Assembly: GCA_963663545.1 (NCBI GenBank)
Contig: OY760505.1
Span: 224,001 to 288,000 of the forward strand
Length of the DNA: 64,000 nt
Source of the DNA: Candidatus Delongbacteria bacterium
GTDB taxonomy: Bacteria; CAIWAD01
Direction: 5' to 3'
The notes under the pieces are model-generated. The model worked only from the letters and a program-made list of their open reading frames with translations. It was not told the DNA's origin and searched no databases. Positions 32,678-41,237 of the stretch are shown here, one piece after another; position 1 is the stretch's first letter, and every line of letters starts with the position of its first letter. The translations under genes were made by a program, and so were the position numbers.

Positions 32678-32693
32678 GGCAAGAGTTGTGCCA
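32678..32693 (-). promoter_or_regulatory. Sigma54 -24/-12 promoter
   Basis: Minus strand TGGCAC-AACTC-TTGCC, exact TGGCAC-N5-TTGC consensus in an intergenic region. Confidence 0.8.
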
Positions 32694-32880
32694 CTATTTG
32701 TCCATTTGGCCAACAGGTTGGGAGAAAAGCTGAATTGAACTTAAACAGCTTTGAATGAACCTCATTCGCAGGCCAAATAGCAGGTGTAAGCCAGAACTTG
32801 TTGAGGGTTTTGAGCGAGCGAGGTACTACGATTTGTTTGCAAAAATAGACATCCCGAACAATCAATCATCAGGGATACAG

Positions 32881-32928
32881 ACTTGAAGACGATTCAATGC
32901 ACTTGAATTCTTTTCAAGTCGAATTCAA
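32881..32928. promoter_or_regulatory. Tandem TTGAA-N5-TTCAA dyads, putative enhancer/operator
   Basis: Dyads at 32883-32897 and 32903-32917 (20-bp period), extra half-site TTCAA at 32924-32928. Confidence 0.6.
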
Positions 32929-32947
32929 CACAACAAAGCTAGTGTCG

Positions 32948-34327
32948 TTAAGACTCCTGCTTTTTCCGCAGCTCATCCAGGTCAATACCGTATGATTTAA
33001 CCTTGTGACATAGATTATCAAGGCCAATCTCAAGTGTTGCCGCCGTCTTCTTCATATTGTATTGATTACGCGCCAGGGCGTCGATGACAAGATTTCGCTT
33101 GAACAGCTCAACCTGCTCCCTAAATCCATGTCCCGGTGCCATGGGTGCAAGATCATCGGTGTCGACAACCACAGCAAGATGTAGATCCTGTTCATCCAAC
33201 TCCCGCTTGGCTGTACTGAAGGGTGTCAGCGCAACAGCGCGCTGGATCAGTCCTTGCAGACTGCGCAGATTACCAGGGAAGCTCAAGGTGGTCAGATAGA
33301 GTTCCCCCTGAGCCGTGATGCCTGTAAAGGGTTTTTGCAGTTGCTTGCCCGCCTGTCGCAGGAAACTGTTTGCAATCAATGTCAGGTCTTCACGCCGGTC
33401 TGCGAGCGCGGGTAGAGAAATCGAAAAAGTGTGCAGCTTCATGTTCAGCTCTCGCTGAAACCGCCCCTCGTTAACGGCCTGCTTCAACTCATTGCTCGCC
33501 GAGGCAATGATACGCGTATCCGCGTGCTGCTCTTCGCACTCCCCTATCTTGCTGAACAAGCCTGTCTCCAGATAGCGGCGCAGTCGCGCCTGAATGTGTT
33601 GTCCAATTCGATGCAGGCCATCCAGGTACAGGCTCCCACCCGAAGCCAGCTCCAACAGACCAGGTTGCACCGAGTCTCCGCATTTTCCAAAGATCTCCTG
33701 AGCCAGCTCTTCTTCTTGAAAGCGCGAGCAATCCACCGTAATGTAGGGGCCGTCTTTGCGGTGGCTAAGGGCATGCAGTGTTTCGGCAAGTACACTGCAG
33801 CCGGTGCCTGTTTCTCCTTGTATCAGAACCGGCTGATCCAGCCCGACATAGTGCTGCACCAGGAAGTACACCTTGCGCATCGCCTCGCTCTGCCCGACCA
33901 GGCCACGGCTCTGCATGGTCAGATTCATCAGATACTCACGGTCCAGGCGAAGTGTAATGGTCTCAAGACCGTTTCGCAGGCTTTGCACAAGCTGGTGCTG
34001 GCTGATCGGCTTGCTGAAGAAGTTGGTCGCCCCGGCTTTGGTGGCTATGATCGCATTCTCAACGTTGTAGTTGTCGCCTGTTAGAATAAACAGCGGCGCC
34101 AAGGGGAACTGTGTCCGCATAAGGCGCAGCACCTCCAGGCCACTCAGGTCGGGCAGTGTGATATCAATCAGCGCGCAATCAAAAGGATCATCGCGTACGG
34201 CTTCCAACGCGCGAGCGCCGGTCGTGTAGCAGCGGGCAATCCAACCTTGCGCTTCGATGATCTCTTCAATCTCTGTCAGCAGTTTTGTGTCATCGTCCAA
34301 AACCAGAATGACCGGTGTGCGCGCCAT
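32948..34327 (-). CDS. NtrC-like response regulator (REC-AAA+-Fis HTH) with degenerate AAA+ motifs
   Basis: LDDD...DITLP...SKP receiver; GETGTGCS, LYLDGL, FPGNLRSL; no GAFTGA; C-terminal HTH. Confidence 0.88.
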   Translation of the reverse strand: MARTPVILVLDDDTKLLTEIEEIIEAQGWIARCYTTGARALEAVRDDPFDCALIDITLPDLSGLEVLRLMRTQFPLAPLFILTGDNYNVENAIIATKAGATNFFSKPISQHQLVQSLRNGLETITLRLDREYLMNLTMQSRGLVGQSEAMRKVYFLVQHYVGLDQPVLIQGETGTGCSVLAETLHALSHRKDGPYITVDCSRFQEEELAQEIFGKCGDSVQPGLLELASGGSLYLDGLHRIGQHIQARLRRYLETGLFSKIGECEEQHADTRIIASASNELKQAVNEGRFQRELNMKLHTFSISLPALADRREDLTLIANSFLRQAGKQLQKPFTGITAQGELYLTTLSFPGNLRSLQGLIQRAVALTPFSTAKRELDEQDLHLAVVVDTDDLAPMAPGHGFREQVELFKRNLVIDALARNQYNMKKTAATLEIGLDNLCHKVKSYGIDLDELRKKQES

Positions 34328-34392
34328 GTCTTCGCCCCTTCCCTCGGTTGATTCCTTAGCCACAGCTGCCCTAAGACCGCTTTGGCTGACGA

Positions 34393-37017
34393 TCAGGCCC
34401 TAGGCGCCTGTGGAATATCGATGATGAACTCGGCCCCTTCGCCTGACTCAGAACGAACCTGAAGCCTTCCATTGTGGCTTTCGATCACGCTTTGCACTAC
34501 AGCGAGACCGATACCATGTCCCTCGCTGAAAAAGCTTTGGTGCTGGTGCAGAATCAACGGAAGTTGGTCCTTCTCGATGCCGATGCCGTTGTCGCGTACT
34601 ATCATGCGTACCCAGCGGTGATCCCCCTCGACAAACTCGAAAAGCTCCACTTCAATCCTACCATCTCCCTGGACAGCCTTCAGAGCATTGTCCAGCAAGT
34701 TCGTCAGCAAGGTCAGGAAGTGGTATTCATCTACCAGCGCGTAAGGCAGTTCTTCGGGGAAGCGCACGTGAAGATCCACGTGCACCTCACGCAGAAAACG
34801 GTCGCGATAGGTCTCTGAGAAGCGCGAAACGAGCTTGCCCAAATCCAAAGGCTGGGGGTGTACGACTCGCTCGCTGATCTCAAAGAACTCTTGAATGATC
34901 TGATCGATATCGCGGGCCGTATCGAGGATGCGCTGCTGCTTGTCGCGGACATACTCACACTGCGGCGGTGCCTTCTCCAGCAGAAAAATCAGACTCCCTT
35001 CGGCCATCAGTCGCAACCGCTGCAAGGGCGTCTTGAGCTTGTGAGCTACGCTCTGCGACATCACACGCCAAACATGGCGTTTGGTCCCATCCAGCTGTAG
35101 CGTGATGTCTTGAACGATCAGGATGACGCCTCCGCCCAGAGCACGACGGCGAATGGGAACCACGCGATAGAACCAGATGCGCGGTCCATCCTCGGTCACC
35201 AGCTCGACCATGCCTTCGTCTGGCTGGTCCTTGAAGAGACTGAAGCGCAACTCTTCCAGCACCGTGCCTGCAAACAGAGCATCTGCGCCACAGCGTTTAT
35301 CGAGCAGGCCAGGAACCTGACTGACAGGCGTGTTCAGCATGCGCCAGAACCTCTGATTGGCTGAATGCAGGCGTCGACGATCATCGAAGACAACGACGCC
35401 ATCGGGAGCCATGCTGAAGAGCACATCGCTGAGGGTGTGAAAAAAGCGCCAGCGCAAGGTCAAAATGAGGATGTACTGCAGAAGCAGCAGAAGTGGCAGA
35501 CTGATAAGCAGTACAGATAACCAGACGGGCAGATTCCAGGCTCGGGAAACCCGCAGGTTGAGCACTTCGTCCGTGAGATTGAGCATCCAGGCTGGCCCCT
35601 GTTCATCCTCGTAAAAGGGTAGCACCGCCTGTCCATCACTCGGACGACGAAACTGATTCTGCAACAGATGATTCGTGAGATGACTCAGCGCCAGCAATCG
35701 CAGTTTGCAATCCGCCAACACCAGATTACCCGAAGAGGTAGCCATTAGCAGGGCATCCTGCGAGCAGCGCTGGCTCTTCAGAAGCCCATGACGGTGCGGC
35801 AAACAGCCCAGCAGACGAATGGGCTCCTGCATGCTGACTTCACGTGTTACAGCGAAGTTCTCATCCAGCTGTAGGAGTCGTTGGCCATCCTCAACGGTGT
35901 AGTACCAATACTGGCCGTTGCTGGAACCGCAGCTCAACCAGTCCCAGCTTGCAGGCACATCCGCACTGCGCTCTACGCGGAGGCTGTCTGTGTTCAGCAG
36001 GTGCGCCACTGTCCAGACGCTATCGCCCTTCTGACTTGTCTGCAGCAGCAGGACCGTCTCCGGAACAGGTAATTCCATCGCCCGTGTGATACAGCCGTCA
36101 CTGTTTGTATCACCGCTCGCGATGATCTGTACTTGACCGTTATGATCAAGTTGTGTCACACTGGCATCCAGGCAGGAAGAACTCCACTTGCGCTGTTGAT
36201 GCGACTGCGTGCAGATCCATCCCTTTTCACCTATCGGAACAAGTGCCGTTAACGCTCCGGCCAGATCAACGTGCCACAATTCCTTCCAATCGCTGGCTGC
36301 CATCATGAAGAGCTTGTACTCGTTGCGATCAGAATCAAGGTTGGTCAGTTCGATGCTGTACAACAACTCCAATCCTGGACGCTCGGGGACAAGATCACCG
36401 AAATCGTGTAACACGGCATCGTAGCGCATAATGCCCGAAGTATCAGCGGGAGTGTAGAGGGTGCGCTTCGCGGAGTAATCGTAACACAGCTTGCCTCCGG
36501 CTTCCTCGCTGATGCCCACACACATGTACCCATACTCACGTCCGCCACCGTATTGCTCCGGCAGTGTGTAGCGTTTGTGATACAAGAGATAGGGAGTTTC
36601 GTGCGTGCAGTGGATCACGGTTGCGATATCCGGCCAACCGGATCCATCGCGAGAAATCACCGGAGTTGAAACGCGCTCAACAGCTTCAACCACGCGATGA
36701 AAGGGCTGTGTCAGGATCAACGAACCCATTTCTGTGAAGTGAAAGGCAATGTTGCCCCGCGAGGGACCCATCATCAGTCGCATGTAAGCGTCCACACCAT
36801 TGCTGGTGCGATGTGGAATGGCAATCAGACGACAATCGACATCACTGCGTTCACGATCGACTTCCAGCTTCCAGCGCGTCTTCCCAACCGCTTCACGCCA
36901 GGTGGAAAGCGAGTCCATAGTGTAATGGGAGACCGCGTACAGCAATACCAGGCCCAGTGCTGCCAGGCTTGCGACAATCACGAATACTGTCTTTGACCGG
37001 TATCTCAGTCCGTACAT
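34393..37017 (-). CDS. Membrane sensor histidine kinase (large extracytoplasmic region, PAS-like, HisKA, HATPase)
   Basis: Two TM segments; VAHKLKTPL H-box; NLLDNA, DNGIG and GHGIGL boxes. Confidence 0.88.
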   Translation of the reverse strand: MYGLRYRSKTVFVIVASLAALGLVLLYAVSHYTMDSLSTWREAVGKTRWKLEVDRERSDVDCRLIAIPHRTSNGVDAYMRLMMGPSRGNIAFHFTEMGSLILTQPFHRVVEAVERVSTPVISRDGSGWPDIATVIHCTHETPYLLYHKRYTLPEQYGGGREYGYMCVGISEEAGGKLCYDYSAKRTLYTPADTSGIMRYDAVLHDFGDLVPERPGLELLYSIELTNLDSDRNEYKLFMMAASDWKELWHVDLAGALTALVPIGEKGWICTQSHQQRKWSSSCLDASVTQLDHNGQVQIIASGDTNSDGCITRAMELPVPETVLLLQTSQKGDSVWTVAHLLNTDSLRVERSADVPASWDWLSCGSSNGQYWYYTVEDGQRLLQLDENFAVTREVSMQEPIRLLGCLPHRHGLLKSQRCSQDALLMATSSGNLVLADCKLRLLALSHLTNHLLQNQFRRPSDGQAVLPFYEDEQGPAWMLNLTDEVLNLRVSRAWNLPVWLSVLLISLPLLLLLQYILILTLRWRFFHTLSDVLFSMAPDGVVVFDDRRRLHSANQRFWRMLNTPVSQVPGLLDKRCGADALFAGTVLEELRFSLFKDQPDEGMVELVTEDGPRIWFYRVVPIRRRALGGGVILIVQDITLQLDGTKRHVWRVMSQSVAHKLKTPLQRLRLMAEGSLIFLLEKAPPQCEYVRDKQQRILDTARDIDQIIQEFFEISERVVHPQPLDLGKLVSRFSETYRDRFLREVHVDLHVRFPEELPYALVDEYHFLTLLTNLLDNALKAVQGDGRIEVELFEFVEGDHRWVRMIVRDNGIGIEKDQLPLILHQHQSFFSEGHGIGLAVVQSVIESHNGRLQVRSESGEGAEFIIDIPQAPRA

Positions 37018-37040
37018 ACTCTTGCCGTGGACCCCTCAGA

Positions 37041-37538
37041 CTACAGCCGCGCGAAGCCCTCCCGCATGCGGCGCCAGGAATCCAGCAGCCCCTCAGATAT
37101 GACTTTTGTCGCCGCGAGTGCAGGCATGAAATTCGTATCCCCATTCCAACGCGGAACCAGATGCCAATGCAAGTGCTGATCGATGCCAGCTCCGGCTGGA
37201 CGACCAATGTTCATGCCGATGTTGAAGCCCTGGGGGGTTATTGCGTCACGCATGATCCGCTGGGCATCCTGCAAGGTCTGCTGACATTCCAACAACTCCC
37301 CAGGAGTGAGCTGAAGAAAATCCCCTGTGTGACGGTAGGGGACAACCATCAGATGTCCGTTGTTGTACGGGTAGAGATTCATCAGCACAAAGCAATGCTC
37401 ACGGCGTGTTACAATCAGGTTCTCCTGATCCTGGCTTTCATCCTCAAGCGGCTTCCAGCAGAAAATACAGCCCTCGCGCTTGGGTTTGTCAACCTGAGTG
37501 ATGTACTGGCTGCGCCATGGCGCCCACAGGTGATCCAT
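37041..37538 (-). CDS. HIT-family hydrolase (Ap4A phosphorylase-like)
   Basis: LWAPWR, CIFC, NLYPYNNGH and HLHWHLVPRW motifs. Confidence 0.92.
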   Translation of the reverse strand: MDHLWAPWRSQYITQVDKPKREGCIFCWKPLEDESQDQENLIVTRREHCFVLMNLYPYNNGHLMVVPYRHTGDFLQLTPGELLECQQTLQDAQRIMRDAITPQGFNIGMNIGRPAGAGIDQHLHWHLVPRWNGDTNFMPALAATKVISEGLLDSWRRMREGFARL

Positions 37539-37729
37539 TCCATATCCTCGGCATCTGGTGTTGAGCGCGTCCAATGTAACAAAGCCCGTGACATCGAATC
37601 GGTCTCAATGCAAGGGGCGACCCGCGGGCCGCCCCAAAACCTTCTCCTGTTCAGGTTCATAAGCAGGAAAGGGTCTCCGCACCCGGCAGCACTGTCCGCC
37701 GGGAGTTTATCTTCTTCACGTCTATCGAA

Positions 37730-38140
37730 TCAGCCTTTGCATTCCTCTGAGAGCTCCAGCAGAACGCCGGAGGTCGATTTGGGATGCACGAAGGCAATAC
37801 GCTTTCCGCCAGCGCCCATGCGCGGGGTCTCGTCAATCAGCTTGACACCCTGCTCTTTCAAACGGGCTAATGCGTCGTCGATGTTATCTACGGTGATGGC
37901 AATGTGATGAATACCGGGGCGGTTCTTCTCGAGGTAGCGCGCGATCGGGCTGGCCGGATCGGTGGGCTCGAGCAACTCGATGTGCGTACGATCCACTTCA
38001 CCCATGGCGACATTCACCTTCTGATCGTCGACATATTCACGCTCAAGAAAAAGCAGTCCCAGCGCCTGTTCCCAGAAGGGCTGCGCCTCGTCCAGACTGT
38101 TCACCGCGATACCGATATGGTCAATCTTGTCAATCTTCAT
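37730..38140 (-). CDS. mce: Methylmalonyl-CoA epimerase
   Basis: IDHIGIAV, GIHHIA and AFVHPKSTSGVLLEL motifs. Confidence 0.93.
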   Translation of the reverse strand: MKIDKIDHIGIAVNSLDEAQPFWEQALGLLFLEREYVDDQKVNVAMGEVDRTHIELLEPTDPASPIARYLEKNRPGIHHIAITVDNIDDALARLKEQGVKLIDETPRMGAGGKRIAFVHPKSTSGVLLELSEECKG

Positions 38141-38259
38141 CGGATTCTCCTTTGCTGGCGCCACTGTTTCAGGCGCCCACGAAGCACAATGTACAAAGCC
38201 AGGCGAAGGCTGTCACGTCTATAACAGGTTGAATTTCGCCCGGCGGCGATATCACCGTG

Positions 38260-41136
38260 TTATTTCCGCCAGAAATTATCACAGGCGCGCAGAAGCTCGC
38301 GTTCCTGGTAAAAGACCTTCGACGGCGCGCCAATACTGCCTGTAAACTGCTCGCCGTAGCGTTTTTGTATGACGCGTTTGTCCAGCAGTAGAAAGATGCC
38401 GCGATCTTGCTCGTGGCGAATCAGTCGGCCGCTGCCCTGACGAAAACGTATCACGGCTTCAGGCACACTGTACTCCATGAAGCTGTTGCGACCGCTGCGA
38501 TCCAGCGCCTCCATGCGCGCGGCTACCATCGGCTCGCTGGGGACGGCGAAAGGCAACTTGGTCATGACCAGTAGCTGAAGCGCATCACCGGGCACATCCA
38601 CGCCTTCCCAGAAGGAATCGGTACCCAGCAGAATCGCGTTGCCCGCCTCGCGGAAGCGGCGCAGGATCTCATGACGCGGACCGTCCATGCCTTGCGCCAA
38701 CAGAGGCGTCTGCCGGTAATCCAGCCGCGCAAGGAGCTCCTCGTAGGTGCGGTTGAGCAAGCCGTAGCTGGTAAACAGCACCAGAGTTCCCTTTTGGAAA
38801 GAGGTCGCCAGCTCACCCAGCAGCTCCGCCAGCTGAGCCGCGTAGGCCCAGGCATTTTTGCCACTGGGCTCAGGCAGCCAGTTGGGAATGAAAAAGCGCA
38901 GTTGCCGCTCCAGGTCAAAGGGGCTGCCGTAGACGCGACACTCTACGGGACGCTCCTGCTGATTCAGACCGGTGCTGCCCAGGAAATAGTCGAAGCTGCC
39001 GTCCACGGCGAGGGTGGCGCTCACCAGCAGAAGCGAGCTGAGACGCGAATAAAGCTTGGCGGCGAGTTGACGCCCCAGGTCCAGCGGACAACGGAAGAAG
39101 GTAGTCTCGTAGCTGACCGGGTGCACCTCGTACCAGCAAACCTCGTCAGCGCCTTCGTAGGCAGCCAACTCGTTTTCGAGAGTGCAAGCCTCCAGCACCT
39201 GACCGCCCAGACTGTGGAACTCGCCCTCGACCTCCGGATGCGCATCGCGGAAATCGGCAGGCAACTCCTCCAGCAGACGCGTGGTTTGCTCTATGGCGCG
39301 CTTGAGCCGCGGCAGGTACTGGTCCAGTTCCTGTTGCAGCGCGTAATACATGCGCAGCGGGTTTTCCTCGGGCGTGTAGCGTTGCTTCTGGGTGAAGCGC
39401 GTGCGTGCAATCTGCTCAGCCCAGCGCTCACGTTGTCCCTCAATCAATTGCTCGCGCAGGCTGCTTAGCGGCTCATCGTAGGCGGCCAGCGCTTCGGCGC
39501 ACTCCTCCAGGCTGTGTATCACCGTATCACGCGTTGCGCCTTCCGGCAAGCCCGTCAGCAGACGACTGCGCAGTTGACGAAGCAGACCACGTCCGTCACC
39601 AGGACTGTAGAGCGCGCGAGTGCGGTTCTGCAGCATGCCGAAACTGAAGCCCTTGCGCAGATGCCTCTCGGCGCAAGCCTGCAGATTGTGCGCCTCGTCC
39701 AGCACCAGGCACGAATACTCGCCCAGCACACGGCCTTCGACCTCCAGATCCGAAAGCACCAGGCTGTGATTCACCACCAGCAGGTGCGCATCGGCTGCCT
39801 GGCGGCGTGCGCGATTGACAAAACAACGCTCGCTGGCCCGGCATCGCGGGTTGGCGCAATGTTGGCTCTCGCTGCGCAGCTGCGCCCACAGAGCGGGCGC
39901 GTTGCGATAATGGAAGCCGACACACTCTTCCACATCACCCGTGCGTGTCTGCGCCAGCCAGACCACTAGCGGTAGCAGTTTCAGCCGATCCTTGACGCTC
40001 AGACGGTCCTGGGCCTCCTCCAGCAGACGTTGCCAGCGCTGGCCGCAGATGTAATTGCCGCGCCCCTTCAGCAATACCGCCTTCAGCGGACCGCGTAACA
40101 GGCGTCCCAGGCGTGGAATGTCCTCGCGAAAGAGCTGATCCTGCAAATTGCGTGTGTGTGTGGAAATCACAACTCCGCGCTCGCCCTGTGATACAAGCTC
40201 GCGTCCGCGCAGAATGGCGGGCACCAGATACGCAAAGGATTTGCCAGTACCCGTAGCGGCTTCGGCAGCCAGGAATCCCGGCGTTGCCTGCCAGCCCAGC
40301 GTGCGCGCCGCCTCCCGGGCCAACTCGACTTGAGCCGGGCGCAGCGTGAAACCGGGAAGAGCTTCCTGCAACAGGCCTGTATCACCGAACCAGTCGTCCA
40401 TTGAAGCGGAGTCTTCTCCCTCCAAGTCCGCCTTGTGATACACGTTACCCGTCGTCTCGGGCAGAAAGCGGGCAAAGTCCTCCGGACCGCCGTGCTGACG
40501 ATAGACTTCGTAAGCGCCAGCGCAAAGAGTCTCGAGCACATCGCCTGTAGCACGCGTCAGAATCACCAGCTCGCGCAATTGCACCAGCGGAAGTCCGCGT
40601 AACACGCGCAGCAAATGCAGAAGCAGCTCGGCAGTGGCGGCTGCATCGTCGCCAGCGCGATGCGCCTTGTCCAGGTTGATATCAAACCAACCGGCCAGTT
40701 CCGACAGACGATGATTGCTTACCGTCGGCAATAGTGTCTGCGCCAGCGGAACCGTGTCGACGGCCAGCAGCGGCGCTTCATAGGCCAACCCTAGCCGCTT
40801 GCACCAGCGCGTCAGCATGCCCAGGTCAAAGGCGATGTTGTGGGCCACAACTGGCGCTTCACCCAGGAAATCCAGAAAGTCGGGCAGGACTTCTTCGATG
40901 CGTCGTGCATCACGCACCATGCCAGGCTTGATACCCGTTAGTTTCGTGATACGCGGCGGAATGGCCGTCTGCGGATGAACCAGCTGATTGAAGCGCGCCT
41001 CTTCTTCGCCGTTGCGGTAACGCACCGCGCCGATCTCGATGATTTCGCAGTCGTCATCAAGCCCGGTGGTCTCCAGGTCGAAGCAGACAAAGGTGGACAG
41101 TCCAGTGGCGGCCAGCAGCTCGCGCAGTTCCCTCAT
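38260..41136 (-). CDS. DnaQ-like 3'-5' exonuclease fused to DinG-family helicase
   Basis: FDLETTG, HNIAFD and HRAGDD exonuclease motifs; ATGTGKS, LDEAH and QGSGRLIR helicase motifs; Cys cluster. Confidence 0.92.
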   Translation of the reverse strand: MRELRELLAATGLSTFVCFDLETTGLDDDCEIIEIGAVRYRNGEEEARFNQLVHPQTAIPPRITKLTGIKPGMVRDARRIEEVLPDFLDFLGEAPVVAHNIAFDLGMLTRWCKRLGLAYEAPLLAVDTVPLAQTLLPTVSNHRLSELAGWFDINLDKAHRAGDDAAATAELLLHLLRVLRGLPLVQLRELVILTRATGDVLETLCAGAYEVYRQHGGPEDFARFLPETTGNVYHKADLEGEDSASMDDWFGDTGLLQEALPGFTLRPAQVELAREAARTLGWQATPGFLAAEAATGTGKSFAYLVPAILRGRELVSQGERGVVISTHTRNLQDQLFREDIPRLGRLLRGPLKAVLLKGRGNYICGQRWQRLLEEAQDRLSVKDRLKLLPLVVWLAQTRTGDVEECVGFHYRNAPALWAQLRSESQHCANPRCRASERCFVNRARRQAADAHLLVVNHSLVLSDLEVEGRVLGEYSCLVLDEAHNLQACAERHLRKGFSFGMLQNRTRALYSPGDGRGLLRQLRSRLLTGLPEGATRDTVIHSLEECAEALAAYDEPLSSLREQLIEGQRERWAEQIARTRFTQKQRYTPEENPLRMYYALQQELDQYLPRLKRAIEQTTRLLEELPADFRDAHPEVEGEFHSLGGQVLEACTLENELAAYEGADEVCWYEVHPVSYETTFFRCPLDLGRQLAAKLYSRLSSLLLVSATLAVDGSFDYFLGSTGLNQQERPVECRVYGSPFDLERQLRFFIPNWLPEPSGKNAWAYAAQLAELLGELATSFQKGTLVLFTSYGLLNRTYEELLARLDYRQTPLLAQGMDGPRHEILRRFREAGNAILLGTDSFWEGVDVPGDALQLLVMTKLPFAVPSEPMVAARMEALDRSGRNSFMEYSVPEAVIRFRQGSGRLIRHEQDRGIFLLLDKRVIQKRYGEQFTGSIGAPSKVFYQERELLRACDNFWRK

Positions 41137-41164
41137 GGTTCACATCCTTGGTTCGGCAGGCAGC

Positions 41165-41214
41165 AAAGAAAACGGGCGGCGCGAACGCCGTCATGGCGCG
41201 AACGCCGCCCGTTT
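41165..41214 (-). terminator. Intrinsic terminator after gcvPB
   Basis: AAACGGGCGGCG / CGCCGCCCGTTT 12-bp inverted repeat with T-rich flanks. Confidence 0.7.
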
Positions 41215-41237
41215 GTATTTACAAATACAGGCCGTGC

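Noticed and set aside
32423-32865. 69-78 aa ORFs in the intergenic region
   Set aside because: Non-ATG starts without clear RBS, overlap with promoter and stems, no motifs.
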